DNA from: a virus
Taxonomy: Duplodnaviria; Heunggongvirae; Uroviricota; Caudoviricetes
IMG/VR virus record: IMGVR_UViG_3300022205_000001
Coordinates: 64,001-128,000 of that record
Strand: one strand, 5' to 3'
Length of the DNA: 64,000 nt
The notes under the pieces are model-generated. The model was not told the DNA's origin, searched no databases, and saw only the letters and a list, made by a program, of their open reading frames with translations. This document shows positions 35,131 to 44,754 of this stretch, in pieces (the stretch's first letter is position 1; the number at the start of each line of letters is the position of its first letter). A program made the position numbers and the translations under genes.

Positions 35131-36096
35131 TTATCCGATCATGAAATCGTTTGGTAAGGTATTGAATTCGATAAACTGTTCTCGTAGCTTCTCAATTTCC
35201 GCAGTCGCTTCATCGTAGATCTGCTGTCCGTTCAATAATACGCCACCAGGCATTTGGATGCCCCCGAACTTCTTCATGTTCTCTCCCCACTGCTTTTTGA
35301 TGAAGAGATACCCCAAATCTTTGAGCACACGGTCATTCCAGACATCTTCATTCGCGTCAATGTATGCACTGGTAACTGCTTCCGTAGTTGCCCAGGTGGT
35401 TGAGACATTCATGCCTGTGTTGGCATGGATACCTGTTATCGTAGTCGCATAGGTCCCATTGGCGGTTTCAAAATGTACTTCATCACCTTTTATGAGTTGT
35501 GAGTCAAATGAGGTACCGGTACCACTAATCGTATTCGCACCCCCATTCAATGTAATGGACCCACTCAAAGTAATACGGTCTGGATTGATGATTCCGTAAC
35601 ATTCGATGAGAATGTATGTCCCAACTGCTAAGTTTCCATCCCAATTCACATCCAGCATGAGACGATTCTTATGACGATGAAACCGCATTTGTGGGCTACC
35701 GGAGAATAAGAGATTCAAGGTACGAAGATGTTGCATGGTGATGGTGTATGGAACATAAGAAACGGAAGTGAAATCATACAGGTCATGCAAACGCAATTGA
35801 TAGCGTAAATCGAACATGTTCACAGAAGCCGATGATCCATCGAAATCTAGTACACCTGTCACACCCCAAATTCGGTCAGGAATGAGGATGTAGCGTCGGT
35901 CTCGATCCTGTTGAGTGATCTGGTGTTTGAGATAGAGTTTTTCCATTCCATCATAATGATAGTCTTGCCAAAATTCCAATGCTTCGTCTACACGGTCATC
36001 CACCTGATCATCGTCAACGTTAATTTCAATGACCGGGTGACCGAGTTTACGCTTGCAGTAATCGATAAATTGTGCTCTAGTATGTGGATGTGCCAT
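35131..36096 (-). CDS. gp13: neck protein with inserted beta domain
   Basis: RAQFIDYCKRKLGHPVIEINVDDDQVDDRVDEAL, QWGENMKKFGGIQMPGGVLLNG. Confidence 0.95.
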   Translation of the reverse strand: MAHPHTRAQFIDYCKRKLGHPVIEINVDDDQVDDRVDEALEFWQDYHYDGMEKLYLKHQITQQDRDRRYILIPDRIWGVTGVLDFDGSSASVNMFDLRYQLRLHDLYDFTSVSYVPYTITMQHLRTLNLLFSGSPQMRFHRHKNRLMLDVNWDGNLAVGTYILIECYGIINPDRITLSGSITLNGGANTISGTGTSFDSQLIKGDEVHFETANGTYATTITGIHANTGMNVSTTWATTEAVTSAYIDANEDVWNDRVLKDLGYLFIKKQWGENMKKFGGIQMPGGVLLNGQQIYDEATAEIEKLREQFIEFNTLPNDFMIG

Positions 36097-36107
36097 AATA
36101 CCCCTAT

Positions 36108-36272
36108 TTATGTGATAATCATAATTCGTCGTCTAGTAGCTGGAGGTTCGGTTTGAACTGAGGTTGTCACATAATCCTCAGCCCACCACCCTTCTTCTAC
36201 AATCTGTATATCAAACCAAGTGTTAGATACCACAGATGGATCAAACCATCCGTCTCCAATTGAATTTGCCAT
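36108..36272 (-). CDS. 54-aa Trp/acidic small protein (absent from the ORF track)
   Basis: MANSIGDGWFDPSVVSNTWFDIQIVEEGWWAEDYVTTSVQTEPPATRRRIMIIT; fills the gap exactly. Confidence 0.6.
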   Translation of the reverse strand: MANSIGDGWFDPSVVSNTWFDIQIVEEGWWAEDYVTTSVQTEPPATRRRIMIIT

Positions 36273-36273
36273 A

Positions 36274-37236
36274 TTAGTAGGTAACCTGCGCGGCTAAGAA
36301 AAATGACCCATTACGTAATGAGGATCTACTTGACGCAACTTCCGATGCGTGCATGAGTTGGATGCTGTATACATTATGAGGAATTCCACTTGTAACGGTA
36401 AATGGGGAGGCAGTTCCTCCTGCTAAAAATCCAATCCCATATGAGGTAATTGCTGGATTCGTGCCTTGAGCAATGATGAATCCACTTGACCCAACTCTTC
36501 CCCCGGCAGCTTTTGCGGCTCCAGTGACACTTTGTGTAACTGTGGTAATTGCCGACGAACTCATTGTTAAAGCCCATGAGGTATCTCCTCCGGGCATATT
36601 AACATCAAACCCAAAAATTGACCCCGTTGTGGTTGCCACACTTTGAAAAAATGGTATAGAAAAAAATATGACAGGGGGATACGCACTTCCTGTTTTTCCG
36701 TACAGTTTTCCTCCACCCGGTAATATTAGTGACGCCCCATCCACCCCCTGTAGACTTTGAGTATACAAGCATGAATTATTCGTCATACCCTTTAGCACTA
36801 CTGTTTGTATTATTCGTGGGCGACCGGTGGTTTTAAATCCATTTTTCCCATTGTATTCAATATAGTCCCCCCACCATGTTCTAGCGGAATAGAGTCTATA
36901 CGTAGTGCCATCAGCATTATAGAGGACTTGCAAGTTCGCAAATGATTCGGCCACTGGCACGGTTCCGGTAGTTAATAGATGAGTCTCGTCACCATTTCTG
37001 ATATGCAGATGATTAATATTACGCTGGATGCCGGTACCAGGAGCACTGACAATCGTGGTGTTTGCACTAGTTTTGATGGTGGTATTACTGTAATACGTTT
37101 GTCCGACTACCCCATTAGCGGCATATCGGTCAGTATATTCCACCTGTACCACTACGTTTCCTTGATAGCCTAAAGCTTCCCAAGGAAAGGAAACGGATAA
37201 TACTAAAGTGTCTGTGGTATTTGCTAGAATAATCAT
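36274..37236 (-). CDS. putative tail/receptor-binding protein, paralog 3 of 3
   Basis: MIILANTTDTL N-terminus and ASEV...GSFF C-terminus shared with neighbours. Confidence 0.6.
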   Translation of the reverse strand: MIILANTTDTLVLSVSFPWEALGYQGNVVVQVEYTDRYAANGVVGQTYYSNTTIKTSANTTIVSAPGTGIQRNINHLHIRNGDETHLLTTGTVPVAESFANLQVLYNADGTTYRLYSARTWWGDYIEYNGKNGFKTTGRPRIIQTVVLKGMTNNSCLYTQSLQGVDGASLILPGGGKLYGKTGSAYPPVIFFSIPFFQSVATTTGSIFGFDVNMPGGDTSWALTMSSSAITTVTQSVTGAAKAAGGRVGSSGFIIAQGTNPAITSYGIGFLAGGTASPFTVTSGIPHNVYSIQLMHASEVASSRSSLRNGSFFLAAQVTY

Positions 37237-37237
37237 A

Positions 37238-38128
37238 TTACCTTTTTATATGAGTCCATCCCTGAGCGTTTACTTCTTTCCAAATTCGTAACCATGATCC
37301 TTTGTATACTACGAGAGCATTGGCTACAGTTACTTCCGGCATAGCCATCATATAGAAATCCTCTTCCACATATTCTGTTTGAATAAATCCCGCCGTAAAT
37401 CCTGGGGAAATAGTAGTTCCTGGTCCAGTGGTTTGTGCGGTGATCGCGGTGTTTGTGTTGAGTTGAAATCCCATTGAAACGGCTGCTGCGGTAGGGCTTG
37501 ACGTGACCGTATCCATATTAGCGACTGCCACATCATACCATACCCCTTTACTCATCCCGACAGCAAATTGTGCTCCTGTGGTCGTTGCATTGGTAGAATA
37601 TAAACCATAGAACAAAAAGAAATATTTTGAACGAGCTTCAAGGGTACACCGTAAATTTGGTATCGGTGTCCAAGTGCCTGTTGTTGCATAGGTACTATTT
37701 TGTTGGGTAATGAATGCCCGTGGTTTATAGATTTGACGGTTGAACTCAGTAAATCCCTTATCTTCATGATACATTACTCCACACCCAGCATCTAATTTAG
37801 TGGCATAAAGAGTAATGGGCCAAGCTCCAGTATTTTTATTAAGAATTACAACTGAAGTATTTCCATCTACAAAAGTATCGTTGTACAATAAATCGCTAGA
37901 AATCATGTTAATATGTTTGATATTTCTAATGGTATTTGCAGGTGGAGGCGAACATACGTTTGCCGTAGTTTCACTCGTCCCTCTAAAAATGGACAGTTCT
38001 CGGTCTACGTTACTAATACTCCCTGTAGATAAATTTTTATCCACATATGTGACCATACAATGCACATTGTATGCGACTATAGAACCAACCGTTAATGAAA
38101 GGTATTCATTTGCTTGTAAGATGATCAT
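37238..38128 (-). CDS. putative tail/receptor-binding protein, paralog 2 of 3
   Basis: MIIL...TYVDK...PPxNxxRxIxxI, ATTTGAQFA, PEV...GSW. Confidence 0.6.
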   Translation of the reverse strand: MIILQANEYLSLTVGSIVAYNVHCMVTYVDKNLSTGSISNVDRELSIFRGTSETTANVCSPPPANTIRNIKHINMISSDLLYNDTFVDGNTSVVILNKNTGAWPITLYATKLDAGCGVMYHEDKGFTEFNRQIYKPRAFITQQNSTYATTGTWTPIPNLRCTLEARSKYFFLFYGLYSTNATTTGAQFAVGMSKGVWYDVAVANMDTVTSSPTAAAVSMGFQLNTNTAITAQTTGPGTTISPGFTAGFIQTEYVEEDFYMMAMPEVTVANALVVYKGSWLRIWKEVNAQGWTHIKR

Positions 38129-38131
38129 TGT

Positions 38132-38962
38132 CTATCCTGTCGGGTGAAAAATATTGAACCATGACCCAAAGACTGTGGTAGCTGCCGATGCCGCAACTTC
38201 AGTTGCCGATTGCACGATAACATATGTCGGAGAGGTTCCGCTGATTATTGTACCCGCAATTAGCCCAAGTCCTGCTGCCAATCCTACTCCTGTTGTTTGT
38301 AGTCCCAACATCCCATTAGATGAATCAGATGTTCCTGTAGATAATGCGGCAGCGGTTGCGGATACCGTTACCGTATCAATCATTCCAACACGAATAAATG
38401 TAGGAGCGGGAGATGCCCCAATTGCAAATCGTGCTCCGGTTGTGGTTGCTGCCGTTGTATGAGTTATTGCTCCTAAAAATCCAACTATAGTGTTAGGACT
38501 CACTGGCATACCAAGTCCGGTGTCTCCTAATGTATTCGCTGCTGTTTGGACACTATTAGTAGTAATCGTAGAAAACCGGTCATTCGTAATAGTATTTTCT
38601 GCAACTTTAAACCCCTCATCTTCCGTATAGACTAAGGATTCCCCCACCAATAACAGTGGGCGATAGAGCATATAGGTATTGGCACTGGTTGAATATTTCA
38701 AGGTAACTTCAACTGATTGGTAAGCATTCGCATTTGTGATACAAAGAGATTGAATGCTTCGGACATTTCCTGACGTGGGCGCATTCACAATTGTTGTTTC
38801 GGTGACTGTATCAATTTTCGTTAATTGACGATCTGCAACCCCCACTACACCTGTAGAAGTACTACGGTCCACATAAGACGCCACTACCTCAAGATTTGCG
38901 GTTGAGGTGAATGATGAAGGAATAACAATAAGAGTGTCAGTAGTGTTTGCAAGTATAAGCAT
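38132..38962 (-). CDS. putative tail/receptor-binding protein, paralog 1 of 3
   Basis: MLILANTTDTL, SYVDR, ATTTGARFA, ATEV...GSWF; GATAAATA at 38968-38975. Confidence 0.6.
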   Translation of the reverse strand: MLILANTTDTLIVIPSSFTSTANLEVVASYVDRSTSTGVVGVADRQLTKIDTVTETTIVNAPTSGNVRSIQSLCITNANAYQSVEVTLKYSTSANTYMLYRPLLLVGESLVYTEDEGFKVAENTITNDRFSTITTNSVQTAANTLGDTGLGMPVSPNTIVGFLGAITHTTAATTTGARFAIGASPAPTFIRVGMIDTVTVSATAAALSTGTSDSSNGMLGLQTTGVGLAAGLGLIAGTIISGTSPTYVIVQSATEVAASAATTVFGSWFNIFHPTG

Positions 38963-38970
38963 ATGCGTAT

Positions 38971-41900
38971 TTATCCCTGAGTATATTCTATTGTTAACGC
39001 AAACTGATCGGCTGACGATGTAATAGTTGGGAACCGAAGTGTTACATAATTATTGGCTAGAACTACCGCATCAGAAAATGTTGTGGTAAACACTCCGTTC
39101 GTGGTATTTGCACACACTACATCTCCAGTGATAGCTGTTCCAAGAATACCTGTAGCACGAGTATTTGCGTAATTAAGCGCATAGGTCACATTTGGAGTGG
39201 TTCCTTGAACGTGGGATATCACTCGTGTCACCGTCAATTGTTTACTCGTCCAAAAGAATGTGATGTTATCTGTCACTGCCGGTGAAAACACAGAAATACT
39301 TTTTGACTGGGTATTAGCTGTGGTATAGGCACCATTGGCATGATCCCTAGCGGTCTGGGCTAATGTGGCCCCAGTGTTCGCCTGGTTGAAGGCACCATTC
39401 GCATGAGCATACGCACCATTTGCCGTGTCTCTGGCGAATTGGTCAATTGCCGACCCTCCTGTCGCCACAATTTCAATAGAGCCTTTATCATTGTTGACAA
39501 GGATTCCGGTTCCTGCGGTGATTCGGTTGATATCATATCCGCCAGATACAGTGTTGGAAATGAGGATAGCCCCATTCAATCCAATCGCGGTTTGTCCGGT
39601 TCCTCCGCGAGCGATAGCAAGGGTTCCAGAAGTCACTTGCGAGGCGGCAATGGCAATGGCAGTATTGGTGACACTGGTGACATGACCACTCGTATTGACC
39701 ACAAATACAGGAATGGTTGCAGCATCTCCATAGCCGGTTGCGGTAACACCCGATGCGGCATGGGACACAATACCGGTAGTCGGGTCGTAATTAATCGGAG
39801 CGGTGTTGCTAATGTTGGCTCGGATTTGTGTTGCCGTATAGATCGCCGTATTCGCATTGGCATAAGCGGCATTGGCTCGTGCAAAGGCAGCATCCGCATT
39901 GGTGGTCGCTATGTTTGCCTGGGCATAGGCACTTGCGGCAACGGTGTTTGCGGTATTGGCTTGATTGAACGCGCCATTCGCATGATCTCTAGCGGTCTGT
40001 GCTAGAGTTCCCGCTGTGTTAGCTTGAACAAAGGCGGCATCAGCGTTTGCCGTTGCAATGTTCGCTTGTGTATAGGCACTTGCGGCTACTGTGTTTGCGG
40101 TATTGGCTTGATTGAACGCAGCATTCGCATGATCTCGCGCTGTTTGGGCAAGTGTTTGATCAACCGTGACATTGGATGCACTGGTAATATGCCCTCGTGC
40201 ATCAATCGTTATCTGTGGAATTGAGGTTGTAGTACCATAGGTTGTAGCTGTGACGCCTGAAGTGGCATGACTAATGATACCGGTAATTGGATCATAATTA
40301 ATCGGAGCGGTGTTGCTAATGTTGGCTCGGATTTGTGTTGCCGTATAGATTGCGGTGTTGGCATTGGCATACGCGGCATTGGCTCGTGTAAACGCTGCAT
40401 CCGCATTGATGGTTGCAATATTGGCTTGAGCATATGCTGAAGCGGCTACTGTGTTTGCAGTATTGGCTTGGTTGAAGGCACCGTTGGCATGAGCATATGC
40501 TCCATTCGCCGTATCACGCGCAAATTGGTCAAGCGCCGAACCGCCAGTTGCCGCAATCGTAATAGTCCCTCGGTCATTTGTAATGGCAATTCCTGATCCT
40601 TGAGTTAAGGGACGAAGATCAAACCCACCTGAGACCGTATTACCGATGAGGACTGCCCCATTTGTTGTGACCCCAGTATTTGCTACAGCGGTATTGGCTT
40701 GATTGAAGGCACCGTTGGCATGATCTCGTGCTGTTTGCGCCAATACAGTTCCAACATTCGCTTGTGTAAATGCACCGTTGGCATGATCTCTAGCAGTTTG
40801 GGCTAATGTGGTCCCAGTGTTCGCTTGTGTAAACGCGCCATTCGCATGATCTCTAGCAGTTTGCGCCAATACAGTTCCAACATTCGCTTGAACAAAGGCA
40901 GCATCCGCATTGGTGGTTGCGATATTGGCTTGATTGTATGCAGAGGCGGCTACTATATTAGCAGTGTTGGCTTGATTGAAGGCAGCATTCGCTTGATCTC
41001 GTGCAAATTGATCTGTGCCACTTCCCCCAGTAGAGGCAATAGTAATAGTATCATTTGGGGCATCGGTAGTAATGACGATTCCCGATCCTGCAACAAGTGT
41101 TAATGTATCAACATTAGAGTCTGCTACGACATTGGCTTGTCCTGCAACATTGATTGTCACGAATGCATTTTGAGCAACGGAATTGGCTTTTGTGTATGCC
41201 GCATTCGCTTGATCTCGTGCCCATGCATCAGTGGCTCCCGCCCCAGTTTCAATAGCTACATTACTGACTGATACAATATGTCCTTTATCATCCACTACGA
41301 ATACTGGTATGTGGGAGGAATCCCCATAGCCTGTTGCCGTGACTCCAGAGACGGCGTGACTGATTACTCCAGTAGTAGAGTCATATCGGATGGGGGTGGT
41401 ATTGGAAATGTTGGCGCGGATTTGTGTTGCCGTATAAATGGCGGTATTGGCATTCGCATAGGCAGCATTCGCTCGTGTAAACGCAGCATCGGCATTGGTG
41501 GTTGCGATGTTTGCCTGAGCATAGGCAGACGCCGCTATAATGTTGGCAGTATTCGCCTGGTTGAAGGCAGCATTCGCTTGATCTCGTGCGAATTGATCCT
41601 GCCCGGAGGGTAGTGCAATTGCCGTATTCGTGATTGCGGTGACATGTCCCTTTGCGTCAACCGTAACAACTGGAATATGTGTAGTGTTACCATACGTAGT
41701 CGCTGCAATTCCAGAATTCGCATGGGAAATGACGCCAGTGGTCGAATCATAGTTGATTGGTGTTGTATTGGAAAGATTTGCCCGAATTTGACTAGCAGTA
41801 TAGATCGCCGTGTTCGCATTACTAAACGCAGCATCGGCATTGGTGGTTGCGATGTTCGCTTTACTGAATGCGGCATTCGCTTGATCTCGCGCAAATTGAT

Positions 41901-42225
41901 CGGTGGCTGATCCTCCGGTAGCTGCGATATCTATTAAATTATTTGCAGGATCGGTGGTGAGTACAATCCCCGTTCCTTGACGAAACCGAACAATATCTGA
42001 AGTCGTTGTGGCAACAACATTAGCTTGTCCAGCAATATTGACAACCCCAAATGCATTCGCACTTGATCCCCCTCCTCCACCTGTAGCCAAAAATACAATG
42101 GTCCCATTGGCGTGTTTATAGAATAACCGTCCATCGGCACGATTAATTGCCAATTCTCCATTGGCCAAAGTGGTTGGAGTATTTCCTGACGTGGCGCTAT
42201 TTTTAATTTGTACGGTGACGTTCAT
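38971..42225 (-). CDS. repeat-rich tail fibre protein
   Basis: N-terminal LANGELAINRADGRLFYK anchor motif; repeated ARD(Q/H)AN(A/G)AFxQAN helices and four QIRANxSNT...YG...IP...GH(V/I) knob units. Confidence 0.8.
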   Translation of the reverse strand: MNVTVQIKNSATSGNTPTTLANGELAINRADGRLFYKHANGTIVFLATGGGGGSSANAFGVVNIAGQANVVATTTSDIVRFRQGTGIVLTTDPANNLIDIAATGGSATDQFARDQANAAFSKANIATTNADAAFSNANTAIYTASQIRANLSNTTPINYDSTTGVISHANSGIAATTYGNTTHIPVVTVDAKGHVTAITNTAIALPSGQDQFARDQANAAFNQANTANIIAASAYAQANIATTNADAAFTRANAAYANANTAIYTATQIRANISNTTPIRYDSTTGVISHAVSGVTATGYGDSSHIPVFVVDDKGHIVSVSNVAIETGAGATDAWARDQANAAYTKANSVAQNAFVTINVAGQANVVADSNVDTLTLVAGSGIVITTDAPNDTITIASTGGSGTDQFARDQANAAFNQANTANIVAASAYNQANIATTNADAAFVQANVGTVLAQTARDHANGAFTQANTGTTLAQTARDHANGAFTQANVGTVLAQTARDHANGAFNQANTAVANTGVTTNGAVLIGNTVSGGFDLRPLTQGSGIAITNDRGTITIAATGGSALDQFARDTANGAYAHANGAFNQANTANTVAASAYAQANIATINADAAFTRANAAYANANTAIYTATQIRANISNTAPINYDPITGIISHATSGVTATTYGTTTSIPQITIDARGHITSASNVTVDQTLAQTARDHANAAFNQANTANTVAASAYTQANIATANADAAFVQANTAGTLAQTARDHANGAFNQANTANTVAASAYAQANIATTNADAAFARANAAYANANTAIYTATQIRANISNTAPINYDPTTGIVSHAASGVTATGYGDAATIPVFVVNTSGHVTSVTNTAIAIAASQVTSGTLAIARGGTGQTAIGLNGAILISNTVSGGYDINRITAGTGILVNNDKGSIEIVATGGSAIDQFARDTANGAYAHANGAFNQANTGATLAQTARDHANGAYTTANTQSKSISVFSPAVTDNITFFWTSKQLTVTRVISHVQGTTPNVTYALNYANTRATGILGTAITGDVVCANTTNGVFTTTFSDAVVLANNYVTLRFPTITSSADQFALTIEYTQG
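39788..40350. repeat. 56-bp exact direct repeat within the fibre gene (39788-39843 and 40295-40350)
   Basis: TAATTAATCGGAGCGGTGTTGCTAATGTTGGCTCGGATTTGTGTTGCCGTATAGAT occurs twice, 507 bp apart. Confidence 0.9.
40697..40895. repeat. 54-nt (18-aa) tandem repeat, about 3.5 copies
   Basis: QAN(V/T)GT(V/T)LAQTARDHANGAF(T/N) repeated in frame. Confidence 0.9.
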
Positions 42226-42437
42226 TAGAATGTCCCCGCATCGATTTGGACAGTTTCAAACTGTCCGTTTGTGGACGAGTACGCAAGAACAAACCCATCT
42301 TGCACCCCTTGGATACTCACATCTACCAAATCTGATAACCTGGTAACTGAAGTAGCCGGTTGGACGACGGCAGTAGATTTTCCCCCCTTGACTTGAGCAA
42401 CGATAGGAGCGGGAGATGTAACGATGACAGTAGACAT
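42225..42437 (-). CDS. small tail-fibre-associated protein
   Basis: 70 aa; RLSDLVDV...DGFVLAYSSTNGQF resembles the fibre LxDLxDV motif. Confidence 0.6.
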   Translation of the reverse strand: MSTVIVTSPAPIVAQVKGGKSTAVVQPATSVTRLSDLVDVSIQGVQDGFVLAYSSTNGQFETVQIDAGTF

Positions 42438-42769
42438 TATCTCGTAACTCCTGGATTTACAACAATAATTCCTTCAATAACTCGTTGAACAGTTCCGGTA
42501 TTCCCTGTGAGAGTCACATCATAGACATAACGCCCCGGTGTCAAGTTTCCTGTGTTTGCAGCGGTCATAGAGAGAGACAGAGTACCATTGGGACCATCAG
42601 TAATCGTAGTGGTAATGGTATTGGATCGTGTGGAATAGAAGGATTTCCGCATGACAGTGTTTGCGGTTGACCCAACGAGGTTTTGAGGTGTGCCGGACGA
42701 TCCTTTGACGGTAATCGTGCGGGAAAATGTAGCGTATTGTTCGATTTCTAATGGGACATAGCCTGCCAT
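42437..42769 (-). CDS. small Ig-like/BppU-like tail-associated protein
   Basis: IEQYATFSRTITV...LTPGRYVYDV...RVIEGIIVVNPGVTR; TATAAATA at 42801-42808. Confidence 0.6.
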   Translation of the reverse strand: MAGYVPLEIEQYATFSRTITVKGSSGTPQNLVGSTANTVMRKSFYSTRSNTITTTITDGPNGTLSLSMTAANTGNLTPGRYVYDVTLTGNTGTVQRVIEGIIVVNPGVTR

Positions 42770-42811
42770 GATACTCTCCTCGTAGGTAGACGATAGAGAG
42801 TATTTATATGA

Positions 42812-44746
42812 TTAGAATGTGATGGACGTTACATAGAGGTCGGTAGAGGTATCAGCTTGATAGGCAACAATTCGTTGTGTGTCCCCCAATTCTATTGGCG
42901 TCATTGGATAAATTTGACCATTTCTGGATTGGTTATGTATTACTCCCCTTGGAGTAAATGATGGGTTCGTAAAGTTGGTGACCGATGTAATTGCGGAGGT
43001 ATATGTTCCTGATCCACCAAACGCACTAATGCGTTGTACCGCAAGAAATTGGGCTGTACATTTAATAGGAGGAACAACATATGATAAGTCTACATATACC
43101 TCTCCTTGAGGAGAGGTATTGCTAGTCCATGCCCACCAATCAGAATCAGTCCCGATTATTATGGTTTTATCTACTTGTTTATAAGATTTGAACCGACTTT
43201 GTGCATTGGTGACGGCGTAACTGATTAATGCCTTTTGTGTGTATCCACTTGGAAGAGTTATCCCATCCCCATACTGATCACAATAAATCTTAAAGAACAA
43301 ATCTGCGGGTCCAGGTCCCCCACCACCTCCAATATTTGCCGTAACTGACCAATGTTGGGCAACCGCATTCCAACTATGACATTGACCATACCCCAAATAA
43401 ATACTTAGGTCTTGGGAGGCATTATACCCAACAGAGTCCATCCAGTTTCGTTGATTTGCATCAGTCAATGGGGCAGTATTTCCATAGATAAGAAATGCAT
43501 TTGCATTGAGTGTAACTTCAGGCTGTCTATCAGTATTCACCACAAAATGATACCGTCCTCCTTGTGTTAGAGTGGCACGGGTATCAAAAATAAACAACAC
43601 ATCCCCTGCACTAGAAGACCCTCCAATAATCCCTCGTTCAAGTGAAGCGAGGGTTCTACTTGTGGCAAGTACTGCCCCACTAGCATTTCCCGTTCCATCA
43701 TCAGGTTCAAGGGTAATCCAACAATTCCCTGTTGGAATTAATTGTGTTCCAATTCGGAGTTGTACGCCATAGACTTTAGCTGTGAGTGAAGGGATAAAAC
43801 TTTGTGATATTTTGGTGATATACCGAGTGAATGGATTGGTGCCACTTGTCGCATTAAATCCAAGAAAAGCAATTTCAGTATCCAATGCTTCATCCCAATG
43901 TTGGTCCAGAACCCGTTGCTTCATCCGATATAGAAGTAAAGCTTTATTTCCATTAGTAGGATTATAGATCGCGTATACGGCATACCAGGTATTTGCTGAT
44001 AAGGCGCTGGAAGCGTCGATTCCTCCAGCCCCACTACTCATCAGATTCGCGGTAAGATTACTCCATCCAGAGATGTAATCCCCATTCTCCATGACAATAA
44101 CATTCGCGTGTTTGAGGAGTAATGTCGTAGCCGATTTATAGGGGTGATAATGCGTCCCAATCACGAGCCCCGATGTTTCCTGTGGCGTTGGAGCATCTTC
44201 CCAGGACACCTTGATATTAGAAGATGTATTGACGGTCAACACTTGCCCATTGCTACCTCCCGCTAACCGATGAGCGGTGTTTGGACTAAATCCCACCAAT
44301 AAATCCCCTTGTTGTAGGAACAAGTTTGCTGTCGTATCAAATCCACTTCCGCCAGAAATTGAAGTAATCGCATTATCCACATATTCTTTTGTGACGACTC
44401 CGGAGTTAGAATCCGGGCTCCCCGTTATGATTCCATAGGTGACCGTTGCTAGATTGATCGTACCATTCCCAATCGTAGTGGTATTCGCGGTAAGAACATT
44501 TGCAATCAGATTATTGATCGTCGCCGTATCGCAAAACGCATTATCAATGTTCATGGTTGTTGCGTTCAATGAGGGGAATTCATAGACCACATCATATGAT
44601 TGATTTGCGGTGTTATACCGAACTTCTCCACCCCAATCCACCATATTAGCCACTACGTCTACTTTATAGCTGACTTCAGATTCACCGATAGGTTCGGGTA
44701 CATTGGGAGAAGGAAGCTGTGGTGTGGGAACCCAAGTAAATGGCAT
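42812..44746 (-). CDS. virion/tail appendage protein, paralog D
   Basis: MPFTWVPTPQ start; GDLLVG..NT..RL..G.NGQVLTV; ANTWYAVYAI; LPSGYTQKALISY. Confidence 0.7.
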   Translation of the reverse strand: MPFTWVPTPQLPSPNVPEPIGESEVSYKVDVVANMVDWGGEVRYNTANQSYDVVYEFPSLNATTMNIDNAFCDTATINNLIANVLTANTTTIGNGTINLATVTYGIITGSPDSNSGVVTKEYVDNAITSISGGSGFDTTANLFLQQGDLLVGFSPNTAHRLAGGSNGQVLTVNTSSNIKVSWEDAPTPQETSGLVIGTHYHPYKSATTLLLKHANVIVMENGDYISGWSNLTANLMSSGAGGIDASSALSANTWYAVYAIYNPTNGNKALLLYRMKQRVLDQHWDEALDTEIAFLGFNATSGTNPFTRYITKISQSFIPSLTAKVYGVQLRIGTQLIPTGNCWITLEPDDGTGNASGAVLATSRTLASLERGIIGGSSSAGDVLFIFDTRATLTQGGRYHFVVNTDRQPEVTLNANAFLIYGNTAPLTDANQRNWMDSVGYNASQDLSIYLGYGQCHSWNAVAQHWSVTANIGGGGGPGPADLFFKIYCDQYGDGITLPSGYTQKALISYAVTNAQSRFKSYKQVDKTIIIGTDSDWWAWTSNTSPQGEVYVDLSYVVPPIKCTAQFLAVQRISAFGGSGTYTSAITSVTNFTNPSFTPRGVIHNQSRNGQIYPMTPIELGDTQRIVAYQADTSTDLYVTSITF

Positions 44747-44754
44747 ATTCTTAC

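Noticed and set aside
40697-40895. CRISPR-like array
   Set aside because: The repeats are contiguous in-frame coding units with no unique spacers.
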